IMG/VR virus record: IMGVR_UViG_3300022602_000268
Location: 1 to 33,814 of that record
Strand: one strand, 5' to 3'
Length of the DNA stretch: 33,814 nt
Origin: a virus
Lineage: Duplodnaviria > Caudoviricetes
Notes under the pieces: generated by a model
Seen by the model: only the letters and a program-made list of their open reading frames with translations
Told to the model about the DNA's origin: nothing
Databases searched by the model: none
Made by a program: the position numbers and the translations under genes
Shown here: piece after piece, positions 15,403 through 24,323 of the stretch
How the letters are laid out: each line of letters begins with the position of its first letter
Position numbering within the stretch: the stretch's first letter is position 1

Positions 15403-17916
15403 ATGGCAATCGACAAAGGATTATATCAGGCCCCACAGGGAATAGCTGCTACGCAAGCAGAGCCAATTGAGATCGAAGTCGTTGATCCCGAAGCAGTACA
15501 TATCAAAGCGGGGGATATGGAGATTGATATTGAAAAAGATGGGGAAGATGATTTTAGTCGAAACCTAGCCGAAGATTTAACCGAGTCAGAATTAATGACA
15601 ATCGGTAGTGAGTTAGTAAGTTTGTTTGAAGCCGATCAAACTGCACGGAAAGACTGGGCAGATACGTATGTCGAAGGTCTTAAATTGCTAGGGCTAAAAT
15701 ATGAAGAAACTACCGAGCCTTGGGCTGGTGCTTGTGGTGTGTACCATCCTATGTTGGCAGAAGCGGTTGTTAGGTTTCAATCCGAAGCAATTATGGAAAC
15801 CTTTCCTGCAATGGGTCCTGTAAAAACAGCGATTATTGGTAAAGAAACAACAGAAAAGCGCGAAGCCTCACTGCGTGTCAGCGACGATATGAACTACAAG
15901 CTGACCGAACAAATGACCGAGTACCGCCCAGAGCATGAGAAGTTATTGTGGAATTTACCACTGGCAGGTTCGGCGTTTAAGAAAGTTTATTTTGATCCTA
16001 GTTTGGGTCGCCAAGTAGCGATGTTTGTTCCCGCAGAAGATTTTGTTGTGCCTTATGGTGCAAGTAATCTGGATACTGCAGAACGTATGACCCACATAAT
16101 GCGCAAGACAAAGAATGAGGTCAAGAAGCTACAAGTCGCTGGGTTCTATAGAGATGTGGACTTGGGCGAACCTCATGCAGTCCTTGACGATATTGAAAAG
16201 CGCAAGGCAGAAGAGCAGGGCTTCACGGCAATAAATGATAACCGCTTCCGTGTACTAGAGATACACGTAGACTATGACCTTCCCGGTTACGAAGATATGG
16301 ATAAGGATGGTTATGAGACCGGTGTCGCACTGCCTTATATTATTACTATTGAGAAGAGTTCAGGCCAAGTATTAGCTATTAGACGCAACTGGTACGAGGA
16401 TGATCCACTCAAGACTAAACGAGTTCACTTTGTTCATTACCAGTACGTCCCGGGGTTTGGCTTCTATGGTTACGGTCTTATTCATCTTATCGGCGGTTAC
16501 GCTCGTAGTGCTACGTCCATTGTTCGGCAGTTGGTGGATGCAGGCACATTATCAAACCTTCCCGGTGGACTTAAATCGCGTGGATTGCGTGTCAAAGGCG
16601 ATGATACCCCCATTAGTCCGGGAGAATTCCGAGACGTAGATGTTCCAAGCGGTACGATCAAAGACAACGTGATGTTGCTCCCATACAAAGAGCCAAGCCA
16701 GACGTTGTTCCAGTTGTTCAATCAGATCGTGCAAGAAGGTCGTAACTTCATTTCTGCTGGTGACTTACAAGTTTCTGACATGGGTGGCAACGCCCCAGTG
16801 GGTACGACGTTAGCGATACTTGAGCGAACTTTGAAGGTAATGAGCGCAATTCAAGCACGTTTGCACTACTCGATGAGGCAAGAGTTCCGCTTACTTAAAG
16901 TCATTATTGCTGACTACACACCAGAAGAATATGACTACGAGCCAGTTGAAGGTCAGGCATCGGCTAAGAAATCAGACTACGACGATATTGATGTAGTTCC
17001 AGTTAGCGATCCAAACGCTAGCACAATGGCTCAAAAGATTGTTCAGTACCAAGCTGTACTGCAGTTAGCTCAATCGGCACCACAGTTGTATAACTTGCCA
17101 CTGCTACATAGACAGATGATTGAAGTCTTAGGTATTAAGAATGTAGAAAAATTGATACCTATGGCTATCGACCAGAAGCCAGCCGACCCAGTAACTGAGA
17201 ACCAGAACATCCTGATGATGAAGCCAGTCAAGGCATTTAGTTATCAAGATCACGAGTCGCATATTGCTGTTCACATGGCTGCTATGCAAGACCCAAAAAT
17301 TATGCAGTTGCTACAAAACAACCCACAAGCTCAGCAGTTACAAGCCACAATGATGGCACACATCAACGAGCATATTGGGTTCCAGTACCGCAAAGAAATC
17401 GAGAAGCAATTGGGTCACAATATGCCTGCTCAGAAAGAAGATGAACTCGGTGCAGAAGAAGATGTGGACTTGTCTCCAGAAGTGGAAGCTCGTATGTCCC
17501 CAATGTTGGCTCAAGCTGCACAACGCCTGTTGGCTCAAAACAAACAGCAAGCCGCACAGCAACAAGCTCAACAACAAGCGCAAGACCCGATCATTCAAAT
17601 GCAAATGCAAGAGCTTCAAATCAAGGCTCAAGAGCAACAACGCAAAGCACAGAAAGATGCAACCGATGCGCAGCTTAAACTTAAACAACTTCAAATTGAA
17701 GAAGAGCGTATTAAGTCACAAGGGCGTATTGCAGCAGGCAATATCGTAGCTAACGCAGCAACTCAAGCGGCTAAAACAAAAGCGGCTAATAGACAGACCG
17801 CAGCAGGTATCGTGGCTGATATGGCAAAGACTCACGCCAATATTCAGAAAGAACATCAATTGAATGTTCAAAAACAATCTTTGAATGTTCAAAACCCTAA
17901 GAAGGAAACTAAATGA
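15403..17916 (+). CDS. Portal protein (P22-like, with long Gln-rich C-terminal helix)
   Basis: Position after terL, size, GSAFKKVYFD motif, coiled-coil tail. Confidence 0.85.
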   Translation: MAIDKGLYQAPQGIAATQAEPIEIEVVDPEAVHIKAGDMEIDIEKDGEDDFSRNLAEDLTESELMTIGSELVSLFEADQTARKDWADTYVEGLKLLGLKYEETTEPWAGACGVYHPMLAEAVVRFQSEAIMETFPAMGPVKTAIIGKETTEKREASLRVSDDMNYKLTEQMTEYRPEHEKLLWNLPLAGSAFKKVYFDPSLGRQVAMFVPAEDFVVPYGASNLDTAERMTHIMRKTKNEVKKLQVAGFYRDVDLGEPHAVLDDIEKRKAEEQGFTAINDNRFRVLEIHVDYDLPGYEDMDKDGYETGVALPYIITIEKSSGQVLAIRRNWYEDDPLKTKRVHFVHYQYVPGFGFYGYGLIHLIGGYARSATSIVRQLVDAGTLSNLPGGLKSRGLRVKGDDTPISPGEFRDVDVPSGTIKDNVMLLPYKEPSQTLFQLFNQIVQEGRNFISAGDLQVSDMGGNAPVGTTLAILERTLKVMSAIQARLHYSMRQEFRLLKVIIADYTPEEYDYEPVEGQASAKKSDYDDIDVVPVSDPNASTMAQKIVQYQAVLQLAQSAPQLYNLPLLHRQMIEVLGIKNVEKLIPMAIDQKPADPVTENQNILMMKPVKAFSYQDHESHIAVHMAAMQDPKIMQLLQNNPQAQQLQATMMAHINEHIGFQYRKEIEKQLGHNMPAQKEDELGAEEDVDLSPEVEARMSPMLAQAAQRLLAQNKQQAAQQQAQQQAQDPIIQMQMQELQIKAQEQQRKAQKDATDAQLKLKQLQIEEERIKSQGRIAAGNIVANAATQAAKTKAANRQTAAGIVADMAKTHANIQKEHQLNVQKQSLNVQNPKKETK

Positions 17917-18101
17917 CCGAATACGAATATATTCGTTTCGAGCTACAAAAAGAAGTGGATAGTAAATCCGGATTCATTGCCTCAGGCAATTGCCAAAGTT
18001 TTGACGAGTATAAGCATGTAACAGGGGTTATCCGGGGTCTTGCCCTTGCTATTGATTTAATCAAAGACCGCGAGCAAAAACTAGAGGACGATAATGGCTG
18101 A
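17913..18101 (+). CDS. Small helical hypothetical protein
   Basis: ATGA overlap, AAGGA SD. Confidence 0.8.
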   Translation: MTEYEYIRFELQKEVDSKSGFIASGNCQSFDEYKHVTGVIRGLALAIDLIKDREQKLEDDNG

Positions 18102-18495
18102 GCTATTAATTAGTGACGCAATGGGTAATATTTCTCAACTGCCTGAAAAACAGGAACAGAAAGCAACACAGTTACCCAAACCCGCTGGATATCACATTTT
18201 GTGTATGGTTCCGGCAGCAGACAACGAATACGAAAGTGGACTTGTTAAGGCAGAAATGTCTAAGCATTATGAAGAAGTATTGTCCCCCGTCCTATTTGTT
18301 GTTTCCATTGGCCCCGATGCTTATGTAGATAAAGAGCGCTTCCCAAGCGGTCCGCTATGTAAGGAAGGTGATTTCGTTTTGATTCGTCCTAACTCTGGAT
18401 CACGTATTAAGATTCACGGTCAGGAATTCCGGATTATTAACGATGACTCCGTAGAGGCCGTAGTACAAGACCCTCGTGGCATTAGCCGCGCTTAA
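18094..18495 (+). CDS. groES: GroES-like co-chaperonin
   Basis: P.G.HIL, ESGL mobile loop, VVSIGP, KEGDFVL, IKIHGQEFRIINDDSVEAVV match the Cpn10 pattern. Confidence 0.85.
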   Translation: MAELLISDAMGNISQLPEKQEQKATQLPKPAGYHILCMVPAADNEYESGLVKAEMSKHYEEVLSPVLFVVSIGPDAYVDKERFPSGPLCKEGDFVLIRPNSGSRIKIHGQEFRIINDDSVEAVVQDPRGISRA

Positions 18496-18505
18496 GGAGC
18501 AATAA

Positions 18506-19552
18506 ATGGCAACAGAAGAATACGTAGCCGTCTACGACGGTAAAGGCGGTATGGTTCCAGCCGGTGAACAGTCCGATACGTTTGAATTTCCGGATGAAGC
18601 AGAAGCCAAACAGGTTAAGCAAAATGCAAAGCCTGCGGTGACTGAAAAGGAACCTGAACTAGATATTGAAATCGTCGATGATACTCCAGAGAAAGACCGT
18701 GGGCGCAAACCTATGGCCACACCTCCAGAGCCAGTCACTGACGACGAGCTTGAGTCTTATGACGAGAAAGTTCAAAAGCGCATTAAAAAGTTGGGTAAAG
18801 GCTATCACGATGAACGTCGTGCAAAAGAAGAAGCCCAGCGCATGCGAGATGAGGCAATCCGTGCTGCTAAAGTACTAGCTGATGAGTTGAAAAAGACTCA
18901 AGAACAGCTACACGAGGGCAGTAAGATTTTCATTGAGCAAGGCAAGAATGGCGCTGAGATTGAACTCGCAGCAGCTAAAAAAGCTTTTAAAGAAGCCTAC
19001 GACAATGGCGACGGAGATGCACTAGCAGAAGCCCAGCAACGCATGGCAGAAGCAGCACTCAAAGTCGATAAAGCCAAGAATCTACGGCCTATTGAAGTAA
19101 AAGAAACTCCGGTTCATATCCCTGAATCTGAAGCACAACCATCCCAAGACCCTAAACTATCCGCTTGGCTAGACCAGAATGATTGGTATGGTGGTGAATC
19201 TCCAGAAGAAGATGAGATGACTGGACTTGCGATGACCATACATAATCGCCTTGCAAGGGAGTTTGGTGAGAAATATGTTGGTACAGATGAGTACTACGAC
19301 AAAATTAGTAGTACAATCCGCAAAAGATTCCCCGATTATTTCGGGAGCCAAGAAGAAGTACCCCCTCCGGCAGAGGAAAAACCTCAACGCCGCGCAAAGC
19401 CTGCAGCTAATGTAGTAGCACCTGCTACTCGTTCTACAGCACCAAAGAAAGTTCAGTTAACTCCGACACAAGTGCAAATTGCAAAACGTCTAGGAGTACC
19501 ACTTGAGCTTTACGCCCGCAAGGTTGCCGAACAAATTAATGGAGAAAGATAA
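18506..19552 (+). CDS. Putative capsid scaffolding protein
   Basis: Acidic, coiled-coil rich, C-terminal helix-turn-helix (LTPTQVQIAKRLGVPLELYA). Lies between portal and capsid. Confidence 0.7.
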   Translation: MATEEYVAVYDGKGGMVPAGEQSDTFEFPDEAEAKQVKQNAKPAVTEKEPELDIEIVDDTPEKDRGRKPMATPPEPVTDDELESYDEKVQKRIKKLGKGYHDERRAKEEAQRMRDEAIRAAKVLADELKKTQEQLHEGSKIFIEQGKNGAEIELAAAKKAFKEAYDNGDGDALAEAQQRMAEAALKVDKAKNLRPIEVKETPVHIPESEAQPSQDPKLSAWLDQNDWYGGESPEEDEMTGLAMTIHNRLAREFGEKYVGTDEYYDKISSTIRKRFPDYFGSQEEVPPPAEEKPQRRAKPAANVVAPATRSTAPKKVQLTPTQVQIAKRLGVPLELYARKVAEQINGER

Positions 19553-19998
19553 TGGTTAAGCCTAACCGCGATTTAGATTTACGTGAACTAGAAGCCCGTC
19601 CCGTGAACACTTGGGCACCGCCCGAGACACTGCCAATGCCTAATCCTAGAGAAGGCTGGGTTCATAGATACGTACGATTTTCTACAATGGGCGAAGCTGA
19701 TCCAATGAATCTTTCTGGACGGCGTAGGGAAGGGTTTGAACCTGTAAAGGCAGAAGACTATCCTGAGCTAATGACCCACGCGGCTATCGACGGCCAGTTT
19801 AAGGGTTCAATTGAAGTTGGTGGTTTAGTACTTTGCCGAGCACCAAAAGAGATGATGGAACAACGTGCTGCTTATTATGAGCGCATGGCCAATTCTCAGA
19901 TGGAATCGGTAGACAATAACTTTTTCCGTGATGAAGACCCACGTATGAAACTGTTCAAAGAACGGTCTACTAAAGTCACTTTCGGAAAGGGTTCTTAA
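19552..19998 (+). CDS. Hypothetical head-module protein
   Basis: TAATG coupling, position in the head module. Confidence 0.8.
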   Translation: MVKPNRDLDLRELEARPVNTWAPPETLPMPNPREGWVHRYVRFSTMGEADPMNLSGRRREGFEPVKAEDYPELMTHAAIDGQFKGSIEVGGLVLCRAPKEMMEQRAAYYERMANSQMESVDNNFFRDEDPRMKLFKERSTKVTFGKGS

Positions 19999-20021
19999 AA
20001 ATTCTCTTTCGGAGGTCTTAA

Positions 20022-20678
20022 ATGGCTACAGTATCCAGCCCCTATGGGCTAAAGCCGATTAACCTGATCGGCGGTCAAGCATTTAACGGCGGTGTTATCC
20101 GCGAAATCTTGCTGACCACAAACAACACCGCTCCTATTGGTTTCGGTGACTTAGTTCAACTCGGTGCCTCAGTTGCAGGTCAACCTACTGTTGTAACGTC
20201 TACTCCTACCACTTCCAGCGTTGGTATCGTTGGTGTGTGCGTCGGCGTTCGTTATCAGTTGGCTGGTCAACAGCTTGGCTATCCTTTGTATGCTCAGTAT
20301 TTGCCAGCTAACGCTGTCACTTCGGGTTATACCAACATCTATGTTCGTGTGATGGATGATCCAGATGCACTGTTCCAAGTGCAATCGCTTGGTTCGATTA
20401 CCGTTGCTTCTATCGGTAAGACCATTGCTCTGGCCAACTTCACGGCGGGTACAAGTTCGACGACTGTTAACACCACGACTGGTAACTCGGTTGTTGCGTT
20501 GGCTTCTTCGGCTGCTAACACCAGTGCTTTGGCATGTAAGATCGTTGATTTGGTTAACGCTAACTCCTCGTTCGGTGGTAACTTCCCGTCCAACCCCGGT
20601 GATGCGTATACGGATTGTATCGTCAAGTTAAACTTTGGCGTTCACTCGTACTACCAGTCCGCTGGTACAACCAACTAA
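20022..20678 (+). CDS. Putative capsid decoration/minor capsid protein
   Basis: Beta-rich, small residues, directly upstream of the major capsid gene. GGAGG SD. Confidence 0.55.
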   Translation: MATVSSPYGLKPINLIGGQAFNGGVIREILLTTNNTAPIGFGDLVQLGASVAGQPTVVTSTPTTSSVGIVGVCVGVRYQLAGQQLGYPLYAQYLPANAVTSGYTNIYVRVMDDPDALFQVQSLGSITVASIGKTIALANFTAGTSSTTVNTTTGNSVVALASSAANTSALACKIVDLVNANSSFGGNFPSNPGDAYTDCIVKLNFGVHSYYQSAGTTN

Positions 20679-20692
20679 TAAGGAGCTAAAAA

Positions 20693-21604
20693 ATGGCTAT
20701 TTCACGTTCGCAGCTCCTTAAAGAGCTACTCCCCGGTCTGAACGCATTGTTTGGTCTTGAATATGCACGTTACGGCGAAGAGCATAAAGAACTCTACGAA
20801 ATCGAATCTTCAGAGCGTTCGTTCGAAGAAGAAACGAAGTTGTCGGGTTTCTCCGCTGCTCCAGTCAAGTCTGAAGGCGCTGCTATCGCTTACGATAACG
20901 CACAAGAAGCTTGGACGACTCGCTACTCACACGAAACCATTGCTCTTGGTTTTTCGATCACTGAAGAAGCAATTGAAGATAACCTCTACGATTCTTTGTC
21001 AGCTCGTTACACCAAGTCATTGGCTCGTGCTATGGCTTACACCAAGCAAGTTAAGGCTGCTTCGGTTCTGAACAACGGTTTTAGCTCAAGCTACGTAGGT
21101 GGCGACGGCGTATCTCTGTTCAACACTGCGCATCCTCTGGTTTCTGGTGGCACCAACGCCAACACCCCATCAACCCCTGTCGATCTTAACGAAACTTCTT
21201 TGGAAGCCGCTGTTATTCAGATCGCTGCATGGACTGATGAACGTGGTCTGTTGATCGCTGCTAAGCCACGCAAACTGGTTGTGCCTCCTTCATTGATGTT
21301 CGTTGCTACCCGTCTGTTGGAAACCAAACTCCGCGTTGGTACAAACAACAACGATATCAGCGCCATCAACAACAACGGCACTGTTCCAGAAGGTTACACT
21401 GTTAACCACTTCTTGACCGACGTTAACGCATGGTTCTTGTTGACCGACGTTCCTAACGGTCTGAAGCACTTCGTTCGTACTCCACTCCAGAATTCAATGG
21501 ATGGAGACTTTGACACAGGCAACGTACGTTACAAGTCACGCGAGCGTTATTCGTTTGGCTGGTCGGACGCACTCGGTGCTTGGGGTTCGTCAGGTTCGTT
21601 CTAA
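20693..21604 (+). CDS. Major capsid protein (Mu GpT-like, HK97 fold)
   Basis: TAAGGAG SD, biased codons, DGVSLF...HP, P.KLVVPPSL and AWFL motifs. Followed by a terminator. Confidence 0.9.
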   Translation: MAISRSQLLKELLPGLNALFGLEYARYGEEHKELYEIESSERSFEEETKLSGFSAAPVKSEGAAIAYDNAQEAWTTRYSHETIALGFSITEEAIEDNLYDSLSARYTKSLARAMAYTKQVKAASVLNNGFSSSYVGGDGVSLFNTAHPLVSGGTNANTPSTPVDLNETSLEAAVIQIAAWTDERGLLIAAKPRKLVVPPSLMFVATRLLETKLRVGTNNNDISAINNNGTVPEGYTVNHFLTDVNAWFLLTDVPNGLKHFVRTPLQNSMDGDFDTGNVRYKSRERYSFGWSDALGAWGSSGSF

Positions 21605-21608
21605 GTAA

Positions 21609-21631
21609 AAGCCTTGTAAATCAAGGGTTTA
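21609..21631 (+). promoter_or_regulatory. Imperfect palindrome containing an IHF consensus
   Basis: AAGCCTTG-TAAAT-CAAGGGTT. AATCAAGGGTTTA (21619-21631) matches WATCAANNNNTTR. Confidence 0.45.
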
Positions 21632-21634
21632 GCG

Positions 21635-21669
21635 GGCTTCCACTCACAAGGTGGAAGCCTTTTTCTTTT
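21635..21669 (+). terminator. Rho-independent terminator after the capsid gene
   Basis: GGCTTCCAC-TCACAAG-GTGGAAGCC followed by TTTTTCTTTT. Confidence 0.9.
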
Positions 21670-21672
21670 CTG

Positions 21673-21700
21673 TTGACATTAAAAATAATAGGTTTATAAT
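21673..21700 (+). promoter_or_regulatory. Consensus sigma70 promoter for the HNH gene
   Basis: TTGACA-N16-TATAAT. Confidence 0.8.
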
Positions 21701-21727
21701 TACCCGTATCGTAACTCGGGGGGTATT

Positions 21728-22291
21728 ATGGATTATCCAAAAACACGAAAAGAAGCACAATCAATAGGGGCTACACACTACTTTACTGGTAAACCTTGTA
21801 AATCAGGGCATATTGCTTTGCGTAAAACTAAAGGAGCTTGCGTCGAGTGCTTAAAACTAGATTGGCAGAAGGATAACGAAAAACGAAAAACCCAGCCTAA
21901 ATCAAATGCAGCTAAAGAAGCGGGTAGACGATACTACGAGAGGAATAAAAGTGCGGTAATCGCCCGTGCGCAAGCTAGACCGCTAAAAGATAAACAACGA
22001 TGGAAGAAAGCACATAAGTTATCTAACCCCGACTACTATAAAACTTTAACAAGCCTTAGAAAGCGTAGGCATAAAAATGCAACGCCTATATGGTTAACAT
22101 ACTCGCAAAAAACTGAGATTCGCCAGCTATATCAGATCGCTATTACTATGTCTAAAACAACAGGCGAACGCTATGTAGTTGACCACATAGTGCCATTAAT
22201 AAGCGACGAAGTATGTGGCTTACATGTACCTTGGAACTTACGTGTCATAACCCAAGAAGAAAACTTGAAGAAATCAAATAAGCTGCTATAA
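21728..22291 (+). CDS. Free-standing HNH endonuclease
   Basis: VDHIVPL...CGLHVPWNLRVI...N..KSN. N-terminal C..GH...CVEC Zn motif. Confidence 0.9.
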   Translation: MDYPKTRKEAQSIGATHYFTGKPCKSGHIALRKTKGACVECLKLDWQKDNEKRKTQPKSNAAKEAGRRYYERNKSAVIARAQARPLKDKQRWKKAHKLSNPDYYKTLTSLRKRRHKNATPIWLTYSQKTEIRQLYQIAITMSKTTGERYVVDHIVPLISDEVCGLHVPWNLRVITQEENLKKSNKLL

Positions 22292-22296
22292 ATTAC

Positions 22297-22324
22297 TTGC
22301 ACATACTTTATTTTGGTGTATTAT
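22297..22324 (+). promoter_or_regulatory. Sigma70-like promoter
   Basis: TTGCAC-N16-TATTAT. Confidence 0.55.
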
Positions 22325-22332
22325 TAGCATAT

Positions 22333-22403
22333 CTGGGATTTATACCTTACTGGACTGCCCCAGCAGACGATGCAACGATTGGTAAGGTACTTTTGCATAA
22401 GGA
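22333..22403 (+). ncRNA. Candidate structured cis-regulatory leader RNA (pseudoknotted)
   Basis: Four interleaved complementary pairings in 70 nt ending at the SD. No family recognised. Confidence 0.45.
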
Positions 22404-22409
22404 ATTATT

Positions 22410-23126
22410 ATGTCACGCGCTACCTTTGAAGGCCCAATTTTATCCGGCGACCAGCGTTTTGGCGCTTTGCGTAACGTCGGCTACACAGATTTAGTACAAG
22501 CAGCAGATATTGATTTAACTGTAACCACTAACGGTTCAGCTAACTACGGCGGTGCTTCTGGTCAGTTTGTTAATGCTAACGGCATACCTAACTTAAATGC
22601 TGTTGTTTATCAGCCATCTTCTTCAGTATACCCATCAGTAGCTCAAACTATTCCTGCTGATTCGGCAACAAACATCTATCGTGGCGCAGTAATGTATCTG
22701 CCCTACGGTTCCTCGATCAATGATATTTTTATTGATATCGGCGTTGTTCCAGCTATTACTACTGGTACATTGACCTCAACTACTGTTTATGTATCAAACA
22801 ACTACACCGCAGCAGCCGGTACAGCCGTTTACGCTAACACCGCAGTTTTAACTTCACCTGCTGTTGGTCGTCAGTCATTGGCTACTTTCACCGCTACTCA
22901 ACTAGCTAACCAAGCGTCCACTAGCACAGATATTTTGATTGCCAACGGTGCTGGTACAGGCCCAACTGCAAATAAACTTTCACAGGTTGTGTTTACTGTG
23001 GCTATCGTAGGTACTTCTTTAGCTGGCCCGATCACTGGTGGTAAGTTCTATTTCACCATTCGTTACACTCAGCTTGACGGTAGCATCGGTACTACGACTA
23101 CTTACCCATACGGCAACTTTGAATAA
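22410..23126 (+). CDS. Putative virion structural protein
   Basis: T/A/G/S-rich beta protein after the capsid gene. TAAGGA SD. Confidence 0.7.
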   Translation: MSRATFEGPILSGDQRFGALRNVGYTDLVQAADIDLTVTTNGSANYGGASGQFVNANGIPNLNAVVYQPSSSVYPSVAQTIPADSATNIYRGAVMYLPYGSSINDIFIDIGVVPAITTGTLTSTTVYVSNNYTAAAGTAVYANTAVLTSPAVGRQSLATFTATQLANQASTSTDILIANGAGTGPTANKLSQVVFTVAIVGTSLAGPITGGKFYFTIRYTQLDGSIGTTTTYPYGNFE

Positions 23127-23136
23127 TTAGTCTTCG

Positions 23137-23157
23137 GGGGCTACGGCCCCTTTCTTT
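23137..23157 (+). terminator. Rho-independent terminator with cUACGg tetraloop
   Basis: GGGGC-TACG-GCCCC-TTTCTTT. Confidence 0.8.
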
Positions 23158-23174
23158 GATTTAGGAGATTAATT

Positions 23175-23684
23175 ATGACAATGCAATATGATGTAAGAGG
23201 ATCGCACCTTAGCGGTTCTGGTCTTATGGTTATGGGGCGTGTGCGCCTAAAAAACCTGATTTATCTTGGTACTGGCACTGCCGGTAGCCTTGATGTTTTT
23301 GATACGGCAACTGCTCCAGTTACAACGGGTACTTATGCACGTTCAGGTAATACTGTTACAGTTACTCAGACAGCACATGGCTTAACTACCGGGCAAAACA
23401 TCGGTATTACTTTTGCTCCAGCTACAGGCGTTTCTGCAACTGCGGGCAACTATGTAGTTACTGTGACTGGTGCTAATACGTTTACCATTACAGACATTAA
23501 CTCTGGCACAATCGCTGGTGGCACTGCTTGTATATATTCAACGGGTAAATGGATTACTAGCTACAATACAGGCACGGCAGTACAACCTTTCCAAGTTATT
23601 TTTTCTGGCGAAGGTATACTTGCATTAACAGGCGTCTATGTTGTTGTGACTAACATTAGTTATCAGACGATTCAATATGGCTAA
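23175..23684 (+). CDS. Putative virion protein with an inserted beta domain (TVTVTQTAHGL..G...Y.VTV....FTI)
   Basis: AGGAG SD. Motif typical of phage fibre or decoration domains. Confidence 0.7.
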   Translation: MTMQYDVRGSHLSGSGLMVMGRVRLKNLIYLGTGTAGSLDVFDTATAPVTTGTYARSGNTVTVTQTAHGLTTGQNIGITFAPATGVSATAGNYVVTVTGANTFTITDINSGTIAGGTACIYSTGKWITSYNTGTAVQPFQVIFSGEGILALTGVYVVVTNISYQTIQYG

Positions 23685-24075
23685 GCCCGGGCTTTACGCT
23701 AATATCCACGCTAAACAAGAGCGGATTAAAGAAGGCTCTGGTGAAAAGATGCGTAAACCCGGTAGTAAAGGTGCCCCCACCGCCCAAGCATTTAAAGAGT
23801 CCGAAAAGACTGTGAAGATGAAAAAGGGCGGTGTTTCCCTTGCTGTTGGTCGTGGTGAAAAACTCCCTGTATCGCAAGGTGCAGGGCTTACTGCTAAAGG
23901 TCGTGCCAAATATAACGCTGCTACAGGTTCACATTTGAAAGCGCCACAGCCAGAAGGTGGCCCACGTAAGAAGTCATTTTGTGCCCGTATGAGTGGTATG
24001 CCCGGTCCGATGAAAGATGAAAAAGGTCGCCCAACTAGGAAAGCGGCAAGTCTTAAACGGTGGAACTGCAAATGA
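23677..24075 (+). CDS. Basic hypothetical protein with RKKSFCARM motif (DUF6321-like)
   Basis: Lys/Arg-rich, two parts joined at MKKGG. Family call from memory. Confidence 0.7.
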   Translation: MAKPGLYANIHAKQERIKEGSGEKMRKPGSKGAPTAQAFKESEKTVKMKKGGVSLAVGRGEKLPVSQGAGLTAKGRAKYNAATGSHLKAPQPEGGPRKKSFCARMSGMPGPMKDEKGRPTRKAASLKRWNCK

Positions 24076-24323
24076 GTGATTCATCCGACCTCATAGAAAC
24101 TGCAAGGGAGTTGGCTACACATGCTAACGAGATCAAACACTTACAGTCAGACATGGATAAAATGGTTAAAGATGTCGAAGAGATTAAAAACTCCATCCAC
24201 ATCATCCAAAAAACACTATCCGAAGCTCATGGTGGTTGGCGGATGCTACTATACGTTGGCGGAGCCGCTAGTATTCTTGGCGGTTGTGTGGCATGGCTAG
24301 TAGAGCATTTTTGGGGTAAGTAA
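24072..24323 (+). CDS. Coiled-coil protein with C-terminal TM helix (possibly holin or XhlA-like; start revised to MSDSSDL)
   Basis: Heptad N-terminus, hydrophobic C-terminus, 4-nt overlap with the upstream gene. Confidence 0.6.
   Translation: MSDSSDLIETARELATHANEIKHLQSDMDKMVKDVEEIKNSIHIIQKTLSEAHGGWRMLLYVGGAASILGGCVAWLVEHFWGK

Noticed and set aside
20004-20017. Small hairpin over the GGAGG SD of the 20022 gene
   Set aside because: Only 3-4 bp of stem, too weak to support a regulatory claim.
21590-21630. Programmed frameshift extending the major capsid protein
   Set aside because: No slippery sequence before the stop, and a terminator follows immediately.
22297-22494. 65-aa ORF starting at TTG
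   Set aside because: It spans a promoter and leader and overlaps the real gene at 22410 out of frame.
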